From assembly GCF_022539665.2 (NCBI RefSeq), contig NC_081331.1:744001-808000 (forward strand): 64,000 nucleotides of DNA. The letters are read 5' to 3'. A program made the translations under genes and the position numbers. Origin of the DNA: Daphnia carinata. Taxonomy: Eukaryota. How positions within the stretch are numbered: the stretch's first letter is position 1; each line of letters begins with the position of its first letter. The notes beneath the pieces are model-generated. The model worked only from the letters and a program-made list of their open reading frames with translations. It did no database searches and was not told the DNA's origin. Below, piece after piece: positions 38,091 through 54,852 of the stretch.

Positions 38091-40983
38091 TAATTCGTTG
38101 AATGGAAATCGCGTGATGATCAGCATGCCAAAAATAATGTTAATCCTGGATTGACAGTATAGTTGTCCGGATGAGAGAAAACCTTTGATCTCAAAACATG
38201 TCATTCATTGTTATGTCCTCTACATGTCTAACCATTATCATTAGCCCTATATGTTTACCCGAAATCCCGCGGTGAAGTTTAACCAGTGCTTGTCAGTCAT
38301 CTTGACTGTTGTCTCACTAAACAATAAGTTTTATTATGCTATTGTTAAAGGTGATTCCCCTCATCTATAGAGCTGAGTTTTACTTATTATTGTTCTCTTT
38401 TTCTTTTGCTTGTCATAATTCAGACTCACGCATCGTGATATAGCGTTAGGGCAACACACATACAATGGGGACCTTGAAGAAGCGACGCAGCACGAGCAGA
38501 TGGATACAATCCGCAGGGCTTAATAACGTCACCGGTCATATCAGGACTCGGCGACATTGCAATCGTGCCCCATTAAATCCCCATTGTCATGCCGCTGCTG
38601 CCGGCAGTTTAATTGAATGTCTCTGGAGCTTCGCATGAAAGATTATTATTGCTCAAAGTGCTCGGGTATGTACTATTTTATTTAGAACTTTAGAAAATAA
38701 AACGGCCTGCGGGGAAGTGACCTTGCAAATTTTTATATTACGGAGGAGCCGGAGCACTACGTGTGAATTACACAGTTCTACAGGTAATCTATAAAAACCT
38801 GGCTCGACTAATGACATGATTGTGAGCTATAAGTCAATCGATTCCTTGAATTGTCATCGACGAATGTTTTTTTTTCGCAGCTGCTGTTTCCATGTCGTAC
38901 GTCACGCTCCGAAATTCGCCAATCGAGTAGAAAAGCCTCGAGCTTCGTGTTGCCTGACGGACATGCTATTACATCATTGTCAACCATGCAAGACTAGATT
39001 TAAAAAGGACAGTCTAATACAAGTCACCTTTTTTTGAATAAAGGCTCTGTATGTTGCATTAAAAAACGAGAATTGGGTCCAGCTTGTTAGATTCTTGTCA
39101 AGCGGAAATATGATGGCGATCCACCCACATCAGATAGTTCCGGGTGTTTTGACATTAGACTATCAAAGTGCCAGAATCTGACGATATCTCTTATGTCAAT
39201 TCCATGTGAGAGCCCACAGGCTCATCGACTCATCGTCAAACGAACGTCAAAGACAGTCTATCAACATGACCTTTAATTCTCTTAACCTAAGGGCTGGGCA
39301 GCTGTACGTTTGGCCGTATGATCACACCTTTCTCTTATACTCGCCGCGTTGAAAAGCCATCGTCTTATTTGAGCATCAAAATTATGTAATTTAGGTTTTT
39401 AAAACTGAGCGTTCAATACGATTTTAACCTGAATAGATTCTTCCATACTTCGTTATGTATTGCGAATTTTTCCGTTGGACAAATAGTGACGCTCTTTAAC
39501 ACAAAACGAGTGAGGAAAACATTAAAAGATATTGCACGATTTGGAGAGGGAGGAGGGCAAATCACGATTTTTGCACGATACACAGGTTTTGACACGAATG
39601 CGGATGTGGGAGTACAAGGCTCGAACATAAATCGCTTCTAGAACAATCCGTCAAAAAAAAAACTAGCACGACTCAAGGCTCTCGTGCAGCGGGATTCTAG
39701 ACGTGACAAGGCTGATGCTGGTATGAACGTTGGCATTTAACACAAGCAAAGTACTTCAAGCCCTTCGCTAATACGTCAACAATTAAAAACCATTTGTTTT
39801 CTCGTGAAGGCTAATTGTTCGCCAAACCGGAATAAACCGGAGAATAGCAAGAAATTTTGGAATGATCGCGTCATTTGAACCTCTGAAAATTCACTGGAAT
39901 TATGTTGAGATATCGGCCTTTGACATTATATTACCCTTTCGGATTTGGTCTATTCGATAAACGGATACAAAGTTTAGTGATTAATCATGTGGTACGAACT
40001 GAATATGCTGCTATCACACAGTTTGTTTATCGAGTAATTTTTTAAAGGGAACGATTACCTCATCATTGCGGAACAGAATGCGCGTAACATAGGGCATTCG
40101 CTTTTCAGTCTACATGTGGATAGTGGACGGTTAAGAATGATTACGTGACAGTTATGTGGATTGGCTACTAGCAGTTTGAAGCGCAGGAAAGTGACAAAAT
40201 TATCGTTTATAACCTGTGCGAACTATGTCCTTTCAATCTCTTGACATGCATCATGCTCAGCGTGAAAATGTAAATGCTGGTTCCAGCCAAGGAAATGATT
40301 TTAAAGTTACAGTGTTTTCTGTTGTCTGTGTTAAACTTTTACTTGATTTTATTTTAACGTGATGTGCTGTGAGCTAAAATTTTTACATCGGTGCTAAACG
40401 TTCTCATATCCGCGAAAAACAAGGATTTGGCGCAACACTAGCCATTAGCTTTAGCACGAACTCGGGTACATACGAGAGTCCTTAAAAAAAATCATGCAAG
40501 CAAGACGTGACTCAACAGGTTTTCCCCATTCACGATAAAAACGTAAAAAACATGGGACTGCCAGCGTTGGGATGTAAATAATATCGATAGTCACGCTCTT
40601 TCGCGCAAGCGGTCTGTTTTGCTCTTCAGCCAACTTCAAACAATAACAAATCAGTAAAACAAAGGGTGAAACAAATTCACGAACTAGCAGCCTTTGTATA
40701 AAGCGGGCCATAAGAGAAAAACAATTTCAATTATTTTCGCCAAATCGGAAAAACAGCAAATTTATTTACGGTAAAGCCCCAAACATGTGGACCGATACAA
40801 GCTGAGCAGCAGCAATTGAAAACGGACAAAAAAAAACTTGTTTTTAACCGAAACAATGAAGACAGAATTCCTCGTCGATAACGCATAAATTTTTTTTCTC
40901 ATTATACAATCTATTCATTTTTGTTTTATTCATTTCTTTTTATTCTATAATGGGTATTTCAGTTTCGTTCTAGGTTTTGTCTT

Positions 40984-44480
<3,497 letters not shown>

Positions 44481-46087
44481 TTAATTTAACGATTAAGTTA
44501 CCAAAATGTAGTCACACTTGGCCTCTTCGAGGTGAAGAAGTTTCTACCTTAATTACTTTAATAAATATTAAACTTGAAGATTTAACACGAAAAACTTTAA
44601 TATCAGACGTAGTCAGAACACGACTTAGACGTCAGCCGGCTCGAAAACTTCCACGTATCTCTACATGTTGCCAAGTCGCACAAAAGCGATTTTCGCCAGA
44701 AATTCAACCGTTATCAAATGACGAATATAACGTCCTCGGGCTCTCGATTCTCGAGTGCCTTATTTGTTCTCACAGTTTCACGTTACTAACACTAAAAGAG
44801 AGGCATTTTTAAAAAGGCGAAGCGATACAGAAGATACAGAGCGAGCTTAAGTGTAGAACTATACAGGAGGTATATGTATCTGGGCACTTTGTAACTTCAA
44901 TAACTCCAAATGAGTAAGGATTCAAAGGCATTAATCCGCCAAACTTCACTATGGATTGGCAACGCACGTTGTGACGTGTCATTTTTGCTTAATCGGTTCG
45001 TCGCGTTCGTGTAACGTTATGCTATACCTCAAATGGCGGTCCAAGTTTACTGGTCATCAGGCGGAGAATATAAATCATTACTGTGAAAGGTTATTTGTCA
45101 AGCTCCAACAGCTCGTCATTCACAAGTAGAACAATGTTTGATCTTTGTGGGAATCGTGTTAAGTTTTCAGAACAACAAGGTTTTTGAACAAAGCTTTATG
45201 AACTTTGCTTTTCCTGTGATTTAGGAATACTTTAGAAAAAGAAAAGAAGGCGTTTAACGTTCTACTGTAGTCTTATAGCTCACCTGCATACAACCCGATG
45301 AATTAATGGTGGAACGAAGAAGTCATGGGGGCGGAGGTACCCATCTTGAGCCCAACTAACTATGGATGGTCACTCTCCCGAGACTTCTCTTTCACTTTCT
45401 CGGAAATTATTTTATAAATGTTTGAAATAAATAGAATGCCGTGCGAACTCGTTACTTAGAATTTTTGTTTTTGGATGTAATAACCCTTGGACTACTCTGA
45501 TCTTCGGAGTACGACTGCTCACGAATCAAATATTACATGATTAAAATATATAATTTACACGTCCCTCTCGTTTGTTCTTTAATTTTCATCTGCGTAAAAC
45601 AAGTGAATTTTTGCTCTAACAGTAATTGGCTATCGCCACTCCTGAGACCGTCTCTTGAGATGTTTGTCAGTCTGATTCGATTCTCATCTACCATATTATT
45701 TATTTAATTTCACTCGTGTTGCATTTCGAATTCTAGAATCTACCCTTTTATCTAGGTGCAGTTGTTAACACATAAGGGCATCAAAAGAAGAAGAAAGACG
45801 GCGATGTTTAATTTAGTTTACCCTACGGTGTTAGACGCGCGCTAATTTTGAGTGTCATGTTGCAAATCATTTTTTATGAAATTGCAGAGTAAACATTGCA
45901 AATCAAAATCATTCTGACGGTTCCAATGCAAATTTCATGTTTGCGTTTTATCCAATTATTCCTCTGTATTCCATCCACCAGTGCCTGCTGTATATAAGGT
46001 GCGGGATTCTTACTCAATTCTGCAGTCGGCGTTCCAGCTCAACCAGCCAACCTAAAATTTCAAAACTGAAAATATTGTTTTAATGCG

Positions 46088-46728
46088 ATGGATTTCTTTG
46101 TTTTGTTATTAGCCACTTGTTGTATAATATTTCAAGGAAATGCTCAATACCAGCCGTATAGTTACAACAACTATCAATATCCTAACTATCCGATGGCTGC
46201 TATGCCAATCCACCACTTGGTTCCGCAGAACCGCTTCTTCTGGACATGGACATCAACGACGACATCAACTTCAATCTCTACCTGCACTGTTTTTACTAGT
46301 GTGAACTGCCCTGGTCGCCGTAAAAGGTTCCTAATCGAAGATTTAGACCCAATCGAACCCTCTCCACTTAACAAGTGAGATCTCAGAAATGTTCTGTCTA
46401 AAAAAAAAGGCCGTTTATTTCTTAATGTTTAATTCATTTCAACAGGGTAGAGACCACCCAGATTGCAACGGAGCTCTTCGACAGGAAGGCACGTGAAATT
46501 GATTTTGAAACGGCATTTTCGGCAGACTCATCGACCTACGAAGTTCAATCCACCTTGGGCAATCCTAATTTCTTCTATGGCTACAATCCCTTTTTTCGCG
46601 AACCGGTCAACAACCTAGCGATGGGTCCCCGTTTCTTCTTAAAGGTCACTACTTCTACGGTCACCACGGTCAGCATTTACACTTCGAGGCCAGTTTGCTA
46701 CTCGGGAGGTGGCTACGATCAATGTTAA
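46088..46728 (+). CDS. Secreted Thr-rich protein with two RFF-(Thr-rich)-C-x7/8-C modules; 2 exons
   Basis: Exon 1 46088-46374, exon 2 46446-46728 (phase 2, in frame). Signal peptide MDFFVLLLATCCIIFQGNA, Tyr/Pro-rich segment, RRKR site, ends ...RPVCYSGGGYDQC*. TATATAA at 45991. Confidence 0.8.
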
Positions 46729-49700
46729 TTTAAAAACGAATGCCAACAGCTTCGTGGACATTGTTATATTAGCGCAGGATTAAGGCGTTTTAAATTAAGG
46801 ATTTATCTTTTTGTAGTAGAATGCGTAGCAATACACGATGTTAAGTAATGGTTCAGAAAGCGAGAAAAATGGCAAACGTTTAGACCTTGACACGTAAACA
46901 TACAATCAATCCCGAAAGTGATATTAGCGAAAACTTTTGGTAAGGAGCAAAAGTGTTAAAAATAGAATTAGATTTATTATCCAATATAATTAAGTCGTAT
47001 CGCATAGTGACACGACTCTTGTGGGAGTACACGAAGTGTGATCAATACATTTTACATTGAGTCTAAAGGCCTCGTTTGTAAAGTGTGGCGGATCACTCAC
47101 GCTACATTGCGTGACGACATAGTTATCCCGAACGACCAGCAGATGGCTGGTTTCCAATCGATAGCGGATTATTCAACGAAGCATTATTACGCCATTCGTG
47201 TTGAGGAAAGCAAAAATATTGACCGCTCTGTGCATTCCGTACGAGCACGCCTTTAAACTTACCCTTAAAAAACGCAAACCCTTATCGAGCGACTTTCCCA
47301 AGCTTCGATGTATACCATCACCGATGGGTACGATTTCCAAAATTTCAAGCGCTTTCGTTGTAAAATGAAAAAAAAAGATGTTCCATTTCGAAAACGCATT
47401 AGAAAGTACGGAACTCTTCAGGGCGAGAAACAGCAATGGTTGTAACTATTGACGATATCATCGTCCTTGTTACACATGTCATGGTTGCCTTGGCAATCAT
47501 TTAGAAAAAAAAGATGGACGAGCTAGTAAACGATGCCTTCTTCGTTGTACTGTGCGCAAAAAATTGTACAAGAACTTGATAGCCCTTCAGCAAAAATCCA
47601 GCTGTGCTGAACACCATGAACCGGCTGCTGACTGGACAAAAGCAGTGGAGTGTAGGGATAGATCGTACGTGTATTCTAGCCCGTGTGTGTGGGACTAGAT
47701 CCTGTTGTGGAGCCAGTTAAAACACAGCACACATTGGTTTGTCTATTAATAGGGCTTAAACTACTGCCTTGTCCGACCACAGTTTCTCTGCTGGCCAAGA
47801 AAAAAACAAAACATAATCTGGCAAAGTGTAAACAGCATACAATAATTGTTGTCCAATTTTTTCCTGTTCTTTCTCTCTTAATGGCTGCACATTACACAGA
47901 TCAATAGTATGCATCCAGCCTTGACTAAATAGGTTCGGATGTAGGATTTTCACATTAAAAAAAAAATGACTTTCGTAAATAGCTGAGGGGGGCGTCTACT
48001 GCATTATATCTACTAGTTTGGCAAGGATCGATATTGCGAGCCTCACCACCGCTACATCGAGGCAGTCAACGAGACACTTAAGCACACGGGAGAACGTTCC
48101 CAACTCTGCCGAGATCAATACCGACTTCTCTCTTTGTGTGTGTGTTTTGTTTTTTTATTTTAAAATACGTGCCCAAACTCTTTTTGGTCCGAAAAAGTTG
48201 ATGATGAAATGATAATCGCATAGGATTGCCGCAGATGTGTAGAACTCATAATTTTTTTTTTTTGTTCTTGTTGAGCAAAAGTCAGCTAAATGTCTTGGTA
48301 GATGTATCGTTGATTTGAGACTGTCTCTATTTATACGCCTCCAAAAGTATTCGGTGGGTGGAACCTGAACTATCTCGTGGCGAAACGAGATGCCACTATA
48401 TCTTCACATAACCCAAACGCCATCGTTCGAAGAAAAATAACGGGCATTTTCCTATTTTCTCGGGGATTTCTTGTTGTTTCAATCTCGTCAGGGTCCCTTT
48501 TTCCTGGTTGTTCTTTAAGGTATATTTATATCACATACACCGAGCGCGCCCTCCCTACAGGGATGGTGGCACACGCGTGACTTTGAAAATGAAGGACCCC
48601 CCTCTCTTTTCGCCCACTTTCTCCTTTGCTGGATGTCTGTATAAAATGTAGGAGAAGAGGGCACAAACATCTCCGTCTGTTGCCTTGGTTGAGCCGAGAG
48701 AGCCGATTCAAGTTCAAAAAATAGCCTTCCGCTGCAGCTCTCATGAATGTCTACCATTTCCTAGTATGTCTCCCTTCAGTTGTGTATCCCATTTTCGTGT
48801 TACCAACCAACCTGCTCTGTGTCCAGAACTCTTCCAGCTTGGCATTGGTTTTAGTTTCTTTTTCCCAATATGTATAACAATCGATTCAAGTGCGGGAGGG
48901 ACAGCTGTCCCGTCATGCTTTGATCAATCTTATGGATGAGCCTCTACTTCTCTATGAATTCATTTGAAGCATATAACAGATCAGCTAGGACAGACAAAGG
49001 AAAAATGGTGGAAGTATAGGAGATGGATGAAAAGAAGAAAAAACACATGTGCAAACAAGCGTGACTGGGGGAGGGGGGACAGGAAGGTCGTAAGGAAACG
49101 GAAGCCTCTTTGCAATTGGCAAAAGAAGCCAACGACGTAGTTCTGATCCATTTTAGCGATGGCGTCTGCATTATTATAAATAAAAAGGCCATCAAAATTC
49201 ACATCAGAGCTTGCACAATTCATGAATGCCTCTATCATTTCGCCTTCAGATAGAATGATTTGAAGAAAGAGCTATGAGAAATGTTCGCGATGTCGTCGAC
49301 CTGCTGGATATGTTGGAGACGGGCACGACAATTTTATTGATTTCTGCTAAACCTGCCAAAGAGTACGATAAAAGGGATTCCCCATCCTTGTGTAGACTAT
49401 AAGGAATACAATAAGTAGTGCAGCCATACAGTTTTTGCTTGTTTCCATGCAAACAGTTGAAATACATTGATCAAACGCAATGGTATACTAATTGGCTGCT
49501 GTCCTGCTGATGTGAACTGGAACTTCAATTAGAAAATTCACCTGTCCTGGGTTGATCTTTGACTGTCACTGTGCAAAGAATGATATTTTCTGTTTTTCAA
49601 GAGCCAAAAAAGACAAGAGTATTGTTGTCACGCTATTTTGCCAAGACGGACCTCGTTCGTGCTCACAGGCCGGGCTAAAATTGGATCACCGGGAACTTGC

Positions 49701-50117
49701 TCTATCTTTCTTTTTTTTTTTTTTTTTTCCTTCTCATTTTCACCCCCGTCCGGCTCAGCATTTCCTAACAAATGGCAAACATATCATCTATATTTTGGCT
49801 AAATATATTTGAAGTGGATCAGCTCTCTTGCCCCCTTTTCATGAACGAAATCTTGATGAGATTAGCCATTGGTGCAATCCTCAAATACAAGTAAATACAC
49901 GCTATGGTGCGTGATGATTTGATATGGAATTTCTGGGATCCGCATTTTTTTTCATGATCCATCGGCTGCTGCGCCGTTGCCATTTTTTTTCCTCTTTATT
50001 CCGTATTATTATTATTCTTTTTTTTCCCCTCTCTGTTTGTATTCTCTGGCTACCCTTTCGGGCTAGCAAAGAGCCGCTCCTTCCGATTTCGAGCATCGGA
50101 TTGGTCCCGAACATGAC

Positions 50118-50264
50118 TGACGTCAGCAGACGCCGGAGAGAGGAGCGCGAAATGGCGCTGCTGGAGGGATCCCACCCTCCCGGACCGAGTCGACAAGGTT
50201 TTACCCGATTCGGATCCTCTTCACTCTGTGTCGGTGATCACTACTGTTCGCTCCGCAGGCAAGT
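50118..50264 (+). promoter_or_regulatory. Probable arginine kinase promoter and non-coding first exon
   Basis: Palindromic CRE TGACGTCA at 50118-50125; Inr-like TCACTC at 50221; donor CAG|GCAAGT at 50258/50259, which could pair with acceptor TTTACAG| at 50891. Confidence 0.45.
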
Positions 50265-50921
50265 CCTCTCTCTCCCCATTCTTATTTATTCCTATTTAAA
50301 TAGTATTCAGCTGTTCTTTTTTTTTCTTTTTGTTTGAGTTGATGTATCGATAGTTGAGAAGCGCAATTTCCAATCATGTGGTTCGATGACATCTGATCGA
50401 CATTGGCTGTAGAGTGTTTTGTTTTTTGCCTACGCACTATTTTTCAATTGGACACCGACAACGTTTGAATGTCGTAATGCGAGTATCGACGGAAGTGGGA
50501 CGGTTGTGGTCATCATCGTATGGGGCATATCGACGATGTTGTGGCTCATATTGAAGCCAGAGATATCGCGTAGACAGCCTACACCTACTCTCTGATGGTG
50601 TTCATTCTCTTAAGGAATTCAATTGGCGCCACTTCATCCTCCCACCATCCAGTATTCCTTTTTGTGTGTCGTTAATAGCTTTATGCCCGCAGGTAGATTG
50701 TTATTCTGGACACGTAGGCCGTTTTTTTTCTGTCACCTTCTCGAAAGAATTCCATATTTTGTCGTTTAATTCTTTAAAAAATGGCTGGAATGGTTAGAAT
50801 TCGAATGGCTGTTAATGAAAAGATTCACTTAAAGAATTCTTAATTTTAAGACATTTCTAGTTTAAAAAATTCGCGCGTTTTGTGTTTACAGATTCCTTTT
50901 CGTGTTCTTCCTCGCATCAAG

Positions 50922-52289
50922 ATGGTTGACGCCGCTGTTCACGAGAAATTGGAAGCTGGCTTCCAGAAGTTGCAGGATGCCACTGACTGCAAGTCTCTGT
51001 TGAAGAAGTTCTTGACTCGTGACGTCTTCGACAAGCTGAAGGATGTCAAGACCTCCTTCGGATCCACTCTTCTTGATGTCGTCCAGTCTGGTAAGTCCTA
51101 ACGATCCTGTTAAATGAAGTGATAAAAGTGCTCTCTCAGATATTCAACAGCCAACTGGCTCGTTTAACACTTCCTAATTCTTTAATTAATCAAAAGGTGT
51201 TGAGAACTTGGACTCTGGAGTCGGTGTCTACGCTCCCGATGCCGAGTCTTACAGCGCTTTCGCTGACCTTTTCGACCCCATCATCTGCGACTACCACACT
51301 GGATTCAAGCCCGGAGATAAGCACCCTCCTCGTGACTTTGGTGACATCGAGACTTTGGGCAACTTGGACCCCGAGGTAAATAAATGAAACGCTTTTTTTT
51401 TAATATAGGTAATATTTTACGGTTTATCTCAGGGCGCCTTCATCGTCTCCACCCGCGTCCGTTGCGGCCGCTCCTTGGCCGGCTATGCCTTCAACCCTTG
51501 CTTGACTGAGGCCAACTACAAGGAGATGGAAGAGAAAGTCGTTGCCAGCTTGTCCTGCTTGGAAGGTGAACTCAAGGGAACTTACTACCCCTTGACTGGT
51601 ATGACTAAGGAAGTCCAGCAGCAGCTCATCGATGATCACTTCCTCTTCAAGGAAGGCGATCGCTTCCTCCAGGTATGCACATCTCGTTTTGATTTTGTTC
51701 AACTTTTGAGGACGAGCTAAAATTGAATTTGAACTTTTAGGCTGCCAACGCTTGCCGATACTGGCCCACTGGCCGTGGTATCTACCACAACGTCGACAAG
51801 ACTTTCTTGATCTGGTGCAACGAAGAGGATCACTTGCGCATCATCTCCATGCAGAAGGGTGGTGACTTGAAGGCCGTCTATGCCCGTTTGGTCAACGCTG
51901 TCAACGACATTGAGAAGAGGATTCCCTTCTCCCACCACGACCGCTTCGGCTTCTTGACTTTCTGCCCCACCAACTTGGGCACCACCATCCGTGCTTCCGT
52001 CCACATCCAGCTGCCCAAATTGGCTGCCGACCGCACTAAGCTCGAGGAGACCGCCGGAAAGTACAACCTCCAGGTATGACAAATGTTTTTGGCTGGAATT
52101 TATTGAAGAAAAATGATTTAACTAATAATAAAATAGGTCCGCGGAACTGCTGGTGAGCACACTGAGGCCGAGGGTGGTATCTACGATATCTCCAACAAGC
52201 GCCGTATGGGCTTGACCGAATACCAGGCCGTCAAGGAGATGTACGATGGTCTCCAGGAGTTGATCCGTCTGGAGAAGGAGGCTTCTTAA
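50922..52289 (+). CDS. Argk: Arginine kinase (phosphagen kinase), 5 coding exons, 357 aa
   Basis: Exons 50922-51090, 51197-51375, 51433-51672, 51741-52073, 52137-52289 total 1074 nt. Motifs [54 protein letters not shown]. Codon usage typical of a highly expressed gene. Confidence 0.98.
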
Positions 52290-52459
52290 ATCACCTTCTC
52301 TTTCCTAACAGCCCTTCTTAATAATAATATATTATTACAACCATTAGCCATGTGTTAAGATCTGCTTAAAAAAGCGTATTTGAACTGATTACTGTAGATG
52401 TGTTGGGCCTCATTTGCGACATCGATTGAAACCGTCAATTTCTTCTCTCTCTATTAAAA

Positions 52460-52481
52460 GTTGTTGTTGTTGTTGTTGTTG
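52460..52481. repeat. (GTT)7 microsatellite downstream of the arginine kinase stop
   Basis: gttgttgttgttgttgttgttg directly visible. Confidence 0.85.
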
Positions 52482-54130
52482 TGATACGGTTTTAAACACA
52501 CCCCCACGTCATCGAGTTTTGAAAGTCTTTTTGCATCTGAAGAATTCATCATTGTGTGTATATCCACGAGACGGGGCGGGCTGGAAGGCTCTGCAGGATC
52601 CACTGCTCGAGATTTCCACTCGATAGTCGAAATAGCGCTGGCTTGTAATCTACTCTCCATTGTAACGAATATTGTTTTTGTGATATTTGATACAATACCA
52701 AGAGTGTGCTATGAACGGCACATGTGGAATTTGGAAGGGAAAAGGCTCAAGAGATTTCAAACATGGAGAAAGCCCACGTGTATCAGTCATTTGTTCAAAA
52801 AAAACGCAAAAAAAAAAAGAAAATACACAGAAACCATCCTGTCATTCAAAGCGTAACTGTTTTCAATTTCATACTTCGTTTGACTGGAGCCGCATCATCT
52901 TTTTTTTTTTAAACTTCCCGCCGACACTCCGTCGCTCGTAAATCGATTATAATGTGAAAAAGGCATCAAATAGGCAAAGCTTTCACTCCGCTTTCAATCT
53001 TTTCCATTCAACTTTCTTTACGCCACTAAACGTGATTTCTTATTCGGGACGTGCGTTTTACGAGCAAAACAAAAGGGGGATCGTTCATCCAACATAGGAT
53101 GGGATAAAGCACACAGCCAACATCAAAATTATTTTACTAATATTTATGGCGACATGAATGAGAATTCCATGTTTGTGTAAAACATACAACTTTCTCTTGG
53201 TGCTCGTTCCGCAATTAACATTTTTGCCAACTTTGCGCTCTGCCGACGGTTTGCAATTCTGCGACCAACAGCTTTCCTAAATGATGGTGAATTTCGATAG
53301 GACACCGCAAGCCTCGATTCGCGTGTTTGCCTTCGATTGCATATTTTGCACGTCAGCGTTAACCGCATTCAGCCGTTATTCTGGTTCGTTCCAGTCGATT
53401 TCAGTCATCTCCTTAATAATAAAGTCGTGCGTAAGATAGATAACCTAAAAAAATACGAGTCAAAATAAAAAAAAAAAAAAAAATGTGTTTTCTCCAAGTG
53501 CTGGGGGGTGCCCGCTAAGTCATGGGTTCCAGATGAAATCGAACGACCAGTCATGAGGAAATAATTCGCGTTTGCACAGAATGTAGGTAAGAAACAGCGG
53601 CATATTTGAACCTGTATTTTCTATCAGACTTGAATCGCCAATGACCTAAATTGGTAATTGTCACACTGACCAGGTAAGTAGATGGTTCGATGAGATGTCA
53701 CATAAAAGGATCCTTGTTCTTTTCTATTCTACTTTTACTTCCACAGGGGGGGTCGCATGTGCCGGTTTTTTTATTGCCGTTTCATTTTCTCCAACTGAAT
53801 TTTATTTTCCCTATCACATCGATAGCCTAAGGGATACGGAAAAAAAACAACAACAACATGCGAATAAAAAAAAAAGACAGTGAGAGTCGATGGAAGTGGG
53901 AGTCTCCCACGAAACTTCTAATCGGTATACACACAGGCGAACAAGTTTGCTTTCTCGGCATGTTATCCAGCAGTGGGCTTGCCGTGACGAAGGAGAAACA
54001 ACAAAAAAACGTTAAAATGCTTTCTCCAGCTGTATCGGTGGCAGTAGTTATTCGACTGAAGGCGGACGAGCAACAACGTGCAGTGCGCTCTTCAACAGAC
54101 AGCCGCAGGGTCCAATTCCGAGGAATAAAG

Positions 54131-54852
54131 ATGGAACTAACTACCTTCTCCTTTCTCTTCCTGCTCACCATTACAGGTAAGATGGATAGACATAATTTTT
54201 TCATTTAAATCTATGCTTCCAATTCAAATTTGATTTCAACGTAGGCGTTTGTGGAAGACAATATCCACTACAGTGGCCACAATCCAGCATCGAACAACAT
54301 AGAAGAAGCGCCCTTGCGCCAGTAACTCCGTACAATGAGAAAATGGACGCTAGCGAATGGCTGGAATCATTGCTGGGCAGTTTGCTGACTGCCGAACCGG
54401 CTGGCAATGGTGAACAACGACCGCAGACAAGTGCGCAGCGTATTTTTCAACGAGAAGCTCGTCCAAGTGTTTCGTTCGTTCAAGACAGTCCGTCTGGCAA
54501 GCGAAGATTTTCGTTGGCCAGCATTCGAGTCAATCCAAACAGCGTAAAGAGGCAGCATATTTTTGCTGTTCCAGACATGACGTTGCTCCAACTGGAAAAT
54601 CCAACGCGATTGCCGACACGCGTCGAAGCTCTTCGTCCCACTGTCAGACCTCCTTTGCCACAACGTCAAAGAGACAATGAATGGCAGCCGGTTAATCATT
54701 ACAGACAGGAACCTTACGTTCAAGCATTGCGAGAACAACAATATGATTACACAGGCGAGTTATCTTTTGAAAATCCAGCAGAAGAAAGCTCTTCTCCGCC
54801 GGAACGTCATTTTGGCGTCGATGTTTACGTCAATCGATATTCAAAAGCTTAA
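54131..54852 (+). CDS. Secreted protein, probable divergent member 1 of the tandem array; 3' end uncertain
   Basis: Exon 1 54131-54176 (MELTTFSFLFLLTIT, phase-1 GTAAG donor); exon 2 from 54245, in frame with the 54343-54852 ORF. Contains NEWQP and EPYVQALREQ...SFENP. A strong acceptor at 54885 suggests a possible extra last exon. Confidence 0.7.

Noticed and set aside
38424..38666. Exon-like GC-richer block with acceptor, donor and a 57-codon ORF
   Set aside because: No partner exons or recognisable protein; could be a lncRNA exon but is unsupported.
49924..50337. 137-aa ORF upstream of arginine kinase
   Set aside because: Runs through promoter and T-rich sequence; the GC donor is phase 2 in this frame and does not join the kinase frame.
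51424..52082. Minus-strand ORFs over arginine kinase
   Set aside because: Antisense shadows caused by strong codon bias.
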